Assembly (NCBI GenBank): GCA_947470895.1
Contig: CANIVF010000018.1
Span: 2,409-66,408 of the forward strand
DNA from: Bacteroidota bacterium
GTDB taxonomy: Bacteria; Bacteroidota; Bacteroidia; Cytophagales; Cyclobacteriaceae
Reading direction: 5' to 3'
Length of the DNA: 64,000 bases
Shown: one piece after another, positions 42,631-51,092 of the stretch
Numbering within the stretch: position 1 is the stretch's first letter
Layout of the letters: the number at the start of each line of letters is the position of its first letter
Program-made: the position numbers and the translations under genes
The notes under the pieces: model-generated
The model's input: the letters and a program-made list of their open reading frames with translations, nothing else
Databases searched by the model: none
What the model was told of the DNA's origin: nothing

Positions 42631-43290
42631 ATGAGTACTACTATTAAACCACAAAACAAGGGATCTAGAAGATTATTTAATAACCCTATTCTTGAAAAGT
42701 TAAGCCGCACACACATCTCTGTTCCGCTTATTATATTCTTCACCTATGCTGGCGGACTTCTTTATTGGAATATTCAAAACACGAATCTTACTGCGGTAAT
42801 CACAATAGGCCTGTTCTTCGTGGGATTGGTCTCATTTACATGGGTAGAATATATGATACACAGGTATATCTTTCATTTAAAGCCTTATACTGAGTTCAGG
42901 GCTAAGTTTCAATACACCGTACATGGTGTGCATCATGAGTTTCCAAAAGATAAAGATCGGTTAGCCATGCCTCCACTGCTCAGCATCACATTATCCACCA
43001 TTCTTCTATTGTTGTTTAAGGTAATTATGGGCGACTTTGTGTTCGCATTCCTTCCTGGATTTCTGGTAGGTTATGCATTATACCTTTCGGTTCATTACAT
43101 GGTACACGCCTATCCTCCTCCTAAAAACTTTTTCAAAATACTTTGGGTCAATCACAGAGTTCACCATTACAAAGATGGAGAAGTCGTATTTGGTGTTTCT
43201 TCTCCCCTTTGGGATTACATCTATGGAACGATGAAGTTAAAAAAAGAAAAAAAAGACATGAATTCGCGGAGAAATTTAGAGGTAGCCTGA
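42631..43290 (+). CDS. Fatty acid hydroxylase superfamily protein, FA2H/Scs7-like (no cytochrome b5 domain)
   Basis: 219 aa with 4 TM segments and His boxes HRYIFH, HGVHHEFPKDKDRLAMPP and HRVHHY. The second box closely resembles the eukaryotic fatty acid 2-hydroxylase motif. Confidence 0.7.
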   Translation: MSTTIKPQNKGSRRLFNNPILEKLSRTHISVPLIIFFTYAGGLLYWNIQNTNLTAVITIGLFFVGLVSFTWVEYMIHRYIFHLKPYTEFRAKFQYTVHGVHHEFPKDKDRLAMPPLLSITLSTILLLLFKVIMGDFVFAFLPGFLVGYALYLSVHYMVHAYPPPKNFFKILWVNHRVHHYKDGEVVFGVSSPLWDYIYGTMKLKKEKKDMNSRRNLEVA

Positions 43291-43418
43291 AAAAGGGTCG
43301 TTTCTGATTTTTTTAACATTTCATTTCCGAAACTCCTTTTTTTGTTGGTGATTTAATAAGCGCCTGTAAACAGAATGAGGTCTTTTTGGTTATAGTTGCA
43401 CTACACTATTTACACACT

Positions 43419-44516
43419 ATGTTAGGACATCGCTTCTCACAATACACCCTGCCACCTGAAAGTGAGAAAAGTGACTTTGAAAGATTGCTGAAGATTTTCA
43501 TGGAGCTGATCTTGATTACTTCGGGCAATGTATCGGAAGCGCTTCAATGGCTGACCGAAGTGGATAAGCAATACAACCTCACCAATCCAAATTATGGTAT
43601 TGGCGATTTCATTAAAGACCTGAAAAAAAACGGATACATCAGCGATGAAGGTCCGGGTGGTGAATTCAAACTCAAAGCCAAGAGCGAGCAAAGCCTTAGG
43701 CAGTCTGCGCTGGAAGAGATCTTTGGCAAACTGAAGAAAACAAAATCGGGAGAACATAAAACACATCATAGCGGCCGCGGAGACGAGGCCACTACCGACA
43801 GACGTGATTATGAATTTGGAGATACACTAGAACAAATCTCGATGACGGAATCATTGCGCAACGCACAAATCAATCATGGACTGGAAGATTTCTTCATGAC
43901 CGAAGAAGATCTGGAGGTTATTGAAAGCGAATACAAAACACAGACCTCTACCGTGCTGATGATCGACATCTCGCATTCCATGATTTTATATGGAGAAGAT
44001 CGCATCACACCTGCGAAAAAGGTATCGATGGCACTGGCAGAACTGATCACAAAAAAATACCCGAAAGACACCCTCGATATTTTAGTCTTTGGTGATGACG
44101 CCTGGCAAATTGAAATCAAAGATCTTCCTTATCTGCAAGTAGGCCCTTATCATACAAATACGGTAGCAGGTCTTGAACTGGCAATGGATATTTTAAGAAG
44201 AAGAAAAAATACCAATAAACAGGTGTTCATGATCACCGATGGAAAGCCAACCTGCATTAAACAAGGCATTAAGTATTACAAAAATAGTTTTGGGTTAGAT
44301 CATAAAATCTTAAATAAGACTTTGGATCTGGCCACTCAATTAAGAAAATTGAAAATACCTGTTACCACGTTTATGATTGCCACAGATCCATACCTCAAAG
44401 CATTTGTAAGAGAGTTTACCAAGGCAAATAATGGCAATGCATATTACAGTAGTCTGCAAGGCCTAGGCAATCTGGTGTTCGAAGACTTTAAAAGAAACCG
44501 CGCAAAGAATTTATAG
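43419..44516 (+). CDS. von Willebrand factor A (VWA) domain protein, COG4867-like
   Basis: First ATG used (the track starts at a TTG at 43386). MIDAS DxSxS (MIDISHS) plus ITDGKPT. Helical N-terminal region. Confidence 0.8.
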   Translation: MLGHRFSQYTLPPESEKSDFERLLKIFMELILITSGNVSEALQWLTEVDKQYNLTNPNYGIGDFIKDLKKNGYISDEGPGGEFKLKAKSEQSLRQSALEEIFGKLKKTKSGEHKTHHSGRGDEATTDRRDYEFGDTLEQISMTESLRNAQINHGLEDFFMTEEDLEVIESEYKTQTSTVLMIDISHSMILYGEDRITPAKKVSMALAELITKKYPKDTLDILVFGDDAWQIEIKDLPYLQVGPYHTNTVAGLELAMDILRRRKNTNKQVFMITDGKPTCIKQGIKYYKNSFGLDHKILNKTLDLATQLRKLKIPVTTFMIATDPYLKAFVREFTKANNGNAYYSSLQGLGNLVFEDFKRNRAKNL

Positions 44517-44534
44517 AATCGTTGTTGGCACTTA

Positions 44535-46100
44535 ATGTGCAAACCATACGAACAACTAACCACGACAATGAAAGACCACAAAAACATAAAGACACTTGCT
44601 CAGCTTAAAAGTGCAGGCTATCATTTCAAAACGATAAAAGATGAATTGAGAGCAAACCTAATTCAAAAACTGAAAGCAAAAGAAAAAGTATTTGAAGGAA
44701 TCTGGGGCTACGAAGAAACGGTAATACCTGACTTGGAAAGAGCTATTCTGGCTGGTCATGACGTAAACTTATTGGGATTGCGGGGCCAGGCAAAAACACG
44801 ACTTGCCCGTTTAATGGTAAACCTGCTGGATGAATATGTTCCGGTGATTGAAGGTTCTGAATTAAATGATGACCCGTTACATCCCATCTCACGCTATGGA
44901 AAAGATAAGATTCATGAGTTAGGAGATCAAATGCCCATCACATGGTTGCATCGCGAAGATCGTTACACCGAAAAGTTAGCAACACCTGATGTTTCTATTG
45001 CCGATTTGATTGGTGACGTTGATCCTATTAAAGCTGCTTCATTAAAATTACCTTATTCGGATGAGCGCGTGATTCACTTCGGATTAATTCCACGTTCACA
45101 TCGTTGCATTTTTGTGATCAACGAACTTCCCGATTTGCAAGCTCGCATTCAGGTGGCTCTATTTAATATCTTACAAGAGGGTGACATTCAGATTCGTGGT
45201 TTTAAGATTCGCCTCCTGCTCGACCTTCAGTTTGTGTTTACTGCCAATCCGGAGGATTACACCAATCGCGGAAGCATTGTTACTCCGTTAAAAGATCGCA
45301 TCGATAGTCAGATCATTACACACTATCCAAAATCGATGGAAGTGAGTAAAAAGATTACTCAGCAAGAAGCATACATTCGCGAAGAACAAACTCAACTGGT
45401 TTCTGCCAATGAAATCGCAAAAGACTTGGTTGAGCAAATTGCTTTTGAAGCACGCAAGAGTGAGTATGTAGATGCGAAGAGCGGTGTATCAGCACGACTT
45501 ACCATTTCTGCCTATGAAAGTCTGATCGCTGCAGCGGAACGAAGATCATTAATTAATCATGATAAAAACACAACGGTGCGCATCTCTGATTTTATTGGCG
45601 TTGTTCCATCCATCACGGGTAAAGTTGAATTGGTCTATGAAGGTCAGCAAGAAGGCCCTGGCATTGTAGCCCAGAATTTAGTTGGCAAGGCAATTCGAGC
45701 ACAGTTTGTCAATTACTTTCCTGATCCGGATAAATTCAGGAAGCAAAAAGAAAAAAGTCCATATAAAAAAATCACTCACTGGTTTGGTGATGGCAACACA
45801 ATCGATTTGTTGCACGATATGACCAATGCCGATTATGAGAAGTCATTGATCTCCGTTCCCGGATTGGCTGACCTTATTAATGAATTTCAAAAAAGTGCCG
45901 ATACCAAACATAAACTTTTCCTGATGGAGTTTGCTCTTCATGGATTGGCCGAGTTTAGTTTAATTAGCAAACACACACTTACTTCAGGATCACAATTTAA
46001 AGATCTGCTCAGCAGCATGTTTAATTTGCCGAAAGGAGAGGATGCGGATGACGAAGATGAATCAGATGACGATGAAGACTTCGGAAGCGGCAAGCGTTAA
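44535..46100 (+). CDS. BchI/ChlI-like (Mg-chelatase-type) AAA+ ATPase with acidic C-terminal tail
   Basis: 521 aa with P-loop GLRGQAKT, Walker B-like IFVINELPDL, sensor-1 ANPED and Arg-finger region PLKDRIDS. The tail is GEDADDEDESDDDEDF. Confidence 0.78.
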   Translation: MCKPYEQLTTTMKDHKNIKTLAQLKSAGYHFKTIKDELRANLIQKLKAKEKVFEGIWGYEETVIPDLERAILAGHDVNLLGLRGQAKTRLARLMVNLLDEYVPVIEGSELNDDPLHPISRYGKDKIHELGDQMPITWLHREDRYTEKLATPDVSIADLIGDVDPIKAASLKLPYSDERVIHFGLIPRSHRCIFVINELPDLQARIQVALFNILQEGDIQIRGFKIRLLLDLQFVFTANPEDYTNRGSIVTPLKDRIDSQIITHYPKSMEVSKKITQQEAYIREEQTQLVSANEIAKDLVEQIAFEARKSEYVDAKSGVSARLTISAYESLIAAAERRSLINHDKNTTVRISDFIGVVPSITGKVELVYEGQQEGPGIVAQNLVGKAIRAQFVNYFPDPDKFRKQKEKSPYKKITHWFGDGNTIDLLHDMTNADYEKSLISVPGLADLINEFQKSADTKHKLFLMEFALHGLAEFSLISKHTLTSGSQFKDLLSSMFNLPKGEDADDEDESDDDEDFGSGKR

Positions 46101-46740
46101 CTCCACCGAAATTCGTGAGTTAAAAAAGCTTGCTGCCGAAGGTGAAGGCTTACAGCTTGAATTCAAGCGAAAGGCCGAGTATCCTGAAAAAATTGTACGA
46201 GAACTGATTGCTTTTGCCAATACCGAGGGTGGCACATTATTAATTGGTATAGATGATGATGGATCGATACCGGGAGTGAAATATCCGGAAGAGGAAGCAC
46301 ATGTCGTCAGCGAATCATTAAAGAAATATTGCCGACCTGATCTAATTTATAAAGAATCTTTCATCGCAATAGCGGAGAATAGATTCGTGGTGCGGTTTGA
46401 TATTCCACCCAGCGGCAGGCGTCCGCATTATTTAGTAATTGACAAAGACACGAAGCAGAGTTTTGTGCGCGAAAAGGACATGAGTATTAAAGCGAGTCCG
46501 GAAATGGAAGAGATCGTGCGCAGGTCGAAACAAAAACGCGATATCAGATTCACGTTTGGCGATGAAGAGAAAAAGCTGATGGAATACCTGCATGAACATA
46601 AATCGATTACTATGCAGGCTTACCAAAAATTATCCGGGCTCAACCGCTTTAAATCGAGGCGCAAACTTATTTTATTGGTGCTCGCAAATGTGTTAAAAAT
46701 CACTGCCACCAAAAAAGGTGATTTGTATTCCAGAACGTAA
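46042..46740 (+). CDS. AlbA_2 (Schlafen-type) nucleic-acid-binding domain protein with C-terminal wHTH-like region
   Basis: Core EGEGLQLEFKRKAEYPEKIVRELIAFANTEGGTLLIGIDDDG is typical of AlbA_2. The start is ambiguous among five ATGs at 46042-46072, all inside the 3-prime end of the preceding gene. Confidence 0.7.
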   Translation: MRMTKMNQMTMKTSEAASVNSTEIRELKKLAAEGEGLQLEFKRKAEYPEKIVRELIAFANTEGGTLLIGIDDDGSIPGVKYPEEEAHVVSESLKKYCRPDLIYKESFIAIAENRFVVRFDIPPSGRRPHYLVIDKDTKQSFVREKDMSIKASPEMEEIVRRSKQKRDIRFTFGDEEKKLMEYLHEHKSITMQAYQKLSGLNRFKSRRKLILLVLANVLKITATKKGDLYSRT

Positions 46741-46822
46741 CAAAAGCCTCACAAAAAGATTATCCCAATCTGTTGCATTTTCACAACCGCATTCGTTAGA
46801 TTTAACTTACAGATTGAATGAC

Positions 46823-46891
46823 GCGAAGACTCGTTTTTACTTGCAAGGTTCCTTTTCAACATTGTAAGAAACGTGTCTTCGCATTTTTTTT
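46823..46891 (+). terminator. Long imperfect hairpin + T8 (terminator or attenuator) immediately upstream of PIN-PhoH
   Basis: GCGAAGAC(46823-30)/GTCTTCGC(46875-82) closes a 60-nt imperfect hairpin. T8 at 46884-46891 lies 16 nt before the ATG at 46908. Confidence 0.5.
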
Positions 46892-46907
46892 AGCTTAACT
46901 AACCACT

Positions 46908-48251
46908 ATGGCCAAGAAAGACAAAGACAAGAAGATTTTCGTTTTGGACACCTCTGTCATCATTTACGAACACAATAGCATTCTAAATTTTGACGAACAC
47001 GATGTAGGTATTCCCATTACCGTGTTGGAAGAACTCGACAGTTTTAAGAAGGGCAACGACACGAAAAATTTTGAAGCACGCGAGTTTATCCGCCTCATCG
47101 ATAAGCTGGCCAAAGACCAGATGCTCCATCATTGGAATCCCATCAACGGAAAAGGTAAAGGAAATTTTAAGGTAGTGATGGACTCCAGTGGCACAAGTCA
47201 GGTTGATGCCAACAAAGTTTTTAATGAGGACAAAGCAGATCACCGCATTCTGAATTCTGCGCTTGTCTTACAGAAAGAGGAGAAAGGAAGAAAAGTCATC
47301 CTCGTATCCAAAGATGTAAACCTGCGACTAAAAGCAAAAGCACTTGGCTTGCAAGCCGAAGATTATACAACAGGAAAAATTCAAAACATCAGCTCGCTGC
47401 ACAATGGCCGCACGGTGATTGACGATGTAGATCCTACGATCATTAACGTGTTGTATGAAAAAGGTTACTGCCCACCGGAGGATGTATTGGGTAAAAGCAA
47501 ACCCATGAAAAACCACTATTTCATTTTAAAGAGTGGGAAAAAATCGGTACTGGCCTTTTACAACTCTGCCAACGGCTTGGTAGAACAAGTGGAGAAAAAA
47601 AATGTGTACGGCATTAAACCACGAAATGCAGAACAAGCATTTGCCATACATGCCATGCTAAAACCGGAAATACGTTTGGTGTCGATGCAAGGTGTGGCAG
47701 GAACTGGTAAAACATTGATTGCTCTTGCGGCAGCAATGGAACAGAAAAGAGAATACAAACAGATCTACCTAGCACGCCCAATTGTGCCACTCAGTAATAA
47801 AGATATCGGCTACTTGCCCGGTGATATCAAATCAAAACTGAATCCATACATGGAACCCCTGTGGGACAACCTTAAATTTATTCAGAACCAATACAGTGAA
47901 TCGGATAAGGAATATTCGAAAATCACTGAAATGGTTCAAAATGAAAAACTGGTGATCACTCCCCTCGCCTACATACGCGGCAGAAGTTTATCCAATATTT
48001 GTTTCATTGTAGACGAAGCACAAAACCTGACTCCGCACGAAGTAAAAACAATCATTACCCGTGCTGGCGAAAATACCAAGATTATTTTCACAGGTGATAT
48101 TTACCAGATTGATACACCTTACCTGGATACGCAAAGTAATGGGTTGTCGTATCTGATTGATCGATTAAAAGGTCATGAGTTGTATGCCCATATTACGTTG
48201 GAGAAAGGCGAGCGCTCGGAATTGGCGAATCTGGCGAATGAACTTCTTTAA
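46908..48251 (+). CDS. PIN-domain + PhoH-like ATPase (YlaK-type)
   Basis: 447 aa with PIN acidic residues (FVLDTSV, VLEELD), Walker A GVAGTGKT and Walker B FIVDEAQN. Confidence 0.88.
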   Translation: MAKKDKDKKIFVLDTSVIIYEHNSILNFDEHDVGIPITVLEELDSFKKGNDTKNFEAREFIRLIDKLAKDQMLHHWNPINGKGKGNFKVVMDSSGTSQVDANKVFNEDKADHRILNSALVLQKEEKGRKVILVSKDVNLRLKAKALGLQAEDYTTGKIQNISSLHNGRTVIDDVDPTIINVLYEKGYCPPEDVLGKSKPMKNHYFILKSGKKSVLAFYNSANGLVEQVEKKNVYGIKPRNAEQAFAIHAMLKPEIRLVSMQGVAGTGKTLIALAAAMEQKREYKQIYLARPIVPLSNKDIGYLPGDIKSKLNPYMEPLWDNLKFIQNQYSESDKEYSKITEMVQNEKLVITPLAYIRGRSLSNICFIVDEAQNLTPHEVKTIITRAGENTKIIFTGDIYQIDTPYLDTQSNGLSYLIDRLKGHELYAHITLEKGERSELANLANELL

Positions 48252-48291
48252 AAAAGCATAAAAACAAAGAGCGGGCCCCTCAGCCCGCTCT
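48252..48291 (-). terminator. Terminator after clpB (between convergent clpB and phoH-like gene)
   Basis: AGAGCGGGC-CCCTCA-GCCCGCTCT hairpin followed on the minus strand by TTGTTTTTATGCTTTTT. Confidence 0.65.
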
Positions 48292-48352
48292 TACCCCAAA
48301 AACCAAACCCCACAACCCTTCCCAGTGAACCCGGGACCTCACTGTCTTAGGC

Positions 48353-50968
48353 TTATTCTACTAGTTCAGCCTCTGATCTATTTATAAATTCAAATTCCAC
48401 TTCGTTTTTCATATTAACATAAATCACACTCTCCTTGTTCACTTTCCCGCTTAGAATTTGTTTAGAAAGTTCATTCAGTATTTCCCGCTGAATAACCCTC
48501 TTCAGTGGTCTCGCCCCAAACTGCGGATCGAAACCCATTTTCGCTAATCGGTCCAGCGCTTTGTCGGAAATATCCAATTTTATGCCACTATCAATTAAAC
48601 GCTGCTTTACCATCTTAAATTGTATCGATACCACTTTTCTGATATCAGCCCTTGTTAACGGACGGAACATAATAATCTCATCAATCCGGTTGATAAACTC
48701 AGGTCGAACGGTTTTTCTCAATAACGCAAGCACTTCGTCTTTGGTGCTTTCAATTACATTGAAATAGTTGGCTTCGGTCATTTTTTCAAAGTTCTCCTGA
48801 ATGATGTGCGACCCGATATTGGTTGTCATGATGATGATCGTGTTCTTGAAATTCGCTACACGACCTTTGTTGTCGGTCAACCGCCCATCATCAAGAACCT
48901 GCAATAAAATGTTAAACACATCCGGATGTGCTTTTTCAATTTCATCCAGCAGCACCACAGAATAAGGTTTCCTTCTCACCGCTTCGGTCAACTGGCCTCC
49001 TTCTTCGTAGCCAACATAACCGGGAGGTGCACCAATCAACCGACTCACGCTATGGCGCTCCTGGTATTCACTCATGTCGATGCGCACCATGGCGTTTTCG
49101 TCATTGAATAAATAATCGGCTAGTGCTTTTGACAATTCTGTTTTTCCAACACCAGTGGTACCCATGAAAATGAACGAACCAATCGGGCGCTTCGGATCTT
49201 GCAAGCCCGCACGACTTCTGCGAACAGCATCACTCAATGCTTGGATCGCTTCCTCTTGTCCAGCTAAGCGTTTTCCCAATTCATCCTCCAGATGTAAAAG
49301 TTTCTCACGCTCACTCTGCAACATTTTCGAAACCGGAATACCGGTCCACCGCGCTACAATTTCGGCAATGTCTTCACTGTCTACTTCTTCCTTTAATAAG
49401 GAGTGTTCGCCTTGCATTGCCTTCATCTCAGTTTGAAGATCTTTAACCTTCTTTTCAGTCTCAGTGATTTTTCCGTAACGAATCTCCGCTACTTTTCCGT
49501 AGTCACCAGCTTTCTCAGCTTGCTCGGCTTCGTGCTTTAATTGCTCAATGTTCTCTTTCTCTTTTCGCAACCCTTGCACGATCGTCTTCTCACTCTCCCA
49601 CTTTGCTTTAAGTGAGTTACGCTTTTCAGAAAGCTCGGCTATCTCTTTACTTAAAATCGCTTCTTTATCTTTATCCTTTTCCCTGCGAATCGCTTCACGT
49701 TCAATTTCCAATTGCATGATCTTGCGATTCAACTCATCCAACTCTTCGGGAAGTGAATCCATCTCCAACCTCAACTTAGCAGCCGACTCGTCCATTAAGT
49801 CAATGGCCTTGTCGGGAAGAAAACGATCGGTGATATAACGACTTGATAATTCTACTGCAGCGATAACTGCATCGTCTTTGATGCGAACTCCATGGTGCAA
49901 TTCATATTTATCTTTTATTCCACGCAAAATGGAAATGGAATCCTCCACAGAAGGTTCATCCACCATTACCGCCTGAAATCTGCGTTCGAGCGCTTTATCT
50001 TTCTCGATGTATTTCTGATATTCTTTTAATGTGGTAGCACCGATGGCATGAAGTTCACCACGAGCTAATGCAGGTTTTAATAAGTTGGCAGCATCCATGG
50101 CGCCTTCTCCACCACCCGCACCAATCAACGTGTGTATCTCATCGATGAATAAAATAATTTCTCCATTCGAATCAGTCACTTCTTTGATTACCGCCTTGAG
50201 GCGTTCTTCAAACTCACCTTTATATTTTGCACCGGCTACGAGCAAGCCCATATCCAATGAAACCAGAATTTTACTTTTTAAATTTTCAGGAACATCACCG
50301 TCTACAATGCGCTGTGCCATGCCTTCCACAATAGCAGTCTTACCCACACCAGGCTCACCTAAAAGAATTGGGTTGTTCTTTGTTCTGCGCGAAAGAATCT
50401 GAAGCACTCTTCTTATTTCTTCATCCCGACCAATAACAGGGTCGATTTTTCCCTTCTTCGCCAGATCATTCAGGTTTTTAGAATAACGTTCCAATGACTT
50501 GTATTTGGCCTCCGCATTCTGATCCGTAACCTTCGAGCCGCCACGCAATTCTTTGATGGCTTTCACCAGGCTGCTCTTTTCAAAGCCAGCATCTTTCATG
50601 ATGGAAGACACTTTATCTTTTGTGCCCAGTAAGGCAAGCAGTAAATGTTCTACTGCGATGTAGTCATCTTTAAATTCGCGCAATTCCTTTTCAGCATTTT
50701 GCAATACCGAATTGGTGGCAGAAGAAAGATAGGCCTGTTGACCCGACACTTTTGGATAAGCATTAATAATTTCATCCAACTTAGTGGTAAGAATGGGGTC
50801 GTTAATGTTCAATTTTTTGAACAGGTAGTTAGAAACATTTTCATCTGTTTCCAATATAGCTTTTAGCAAGTGACCGGGTTCAATGGCCTGTTGCAGGTGG
50901 CTGGTAGCAATCTCAGCAGATTTCTGAAGTGCTTCCTGCGACTTTATGGTGTATTTATCAAAGCTCAT
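48353..50968 (-). CDS. clpB: ATP-dependent chaperone ClpB
   Basis: The start was moved to the ATG giving [15 protein letters not shown] (871 aa). Two AAA+ modules ([16 protein letters not shown]) with a long coiled-coil middle domain. Confidence 0.96.
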   Translation of the reverse strand: MSFDKYTIKSQEALQKSAEIATSHLQQAIEPGHLLKAILETDENVSNYLFKKLNINDPILTTKLDEIINAYPKVSGQQAYLSSATNSVLQNAEKELREFKDDYIAVEHLLLALLGTKDKVSSIMKDAGFEKSSLVKAIKELRGGSKVTDQNAEAKYKSLERYSKNLNDLAKKGKIDPVIGRDEEIRRVLQILSRRTKNNPILLGEPGVGKTAIVEGMAQRIVDGDVPENLKSKILVSLDMGLLVAGAKYKGEFEERLKAVIKEVTDSNGEIILFIDEIHTLIGAGGGEGAMDAANLLKPALARGELHAIGATTLKEYQKYIEKDKALERRFQAVMVDEPSVEDSISILRGIKDKYELHHGVRIKDDAVIAAVELSSRYITDRFLPDKAIDLMDESAAKLRLEMDSLPEELDELNRKIMQLEIEREAIRREKDKDKEAILSKEIAELSEKRNSLKAKWESEKTIVQGLRKEKENIEQLKHEAEQAEKAGDYGKVAEIRYGKITETEKKVKDLQTEMKAMQGEHSLLKEEVDSEDIAEIVARWTGIPVSKMLQSEREKLLHLEDELGKRLAGQEEAIQALSDAVRRSRAGLQDPKRPIGSFIFMGTTGVGKTELSKALADYLFNDENAMVRIDMSEYQERHSVSRLIGAPPGYVGYEEGGQLTEAVRRKPYSVVLLDEIEKAHPDVFNILLQVLDDGRLTDNKGRVANFKNTIIIMTTNIGSHIIQENFEKMTEANYFNVIESTKDEVLALLRKTVRPEFINRIDEIIMFRPLTRADIRKVVSIQFKMVKQRLIDSGIKLDISDKALDRLAKMGFDPQFGARPLKRVIQREILNELSKQILSGKVNKESVIYVNMKNEVEFEFINRSEAELVE

Positions 50969-51092
50969 AATCAACAAGTTTGTAACCCCATAATCACAAA
51001 TTATAATCCAGCTATTCAGAATGATGTTTTTGAGAAATTTTGTCATTAAATTGATCCCTATTAGAATTAACTCAGTCAGTTTGACTTAAGTC

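Noticed and set aside
50969-51046. 26-codon N-terminal extension of clpB
   Set aside because: ClpB proteins begin at the MSFDKYT-type N-domain. The extension ([20 protein letters not shown]..) is AT-rich intergenic sequence read in frame.
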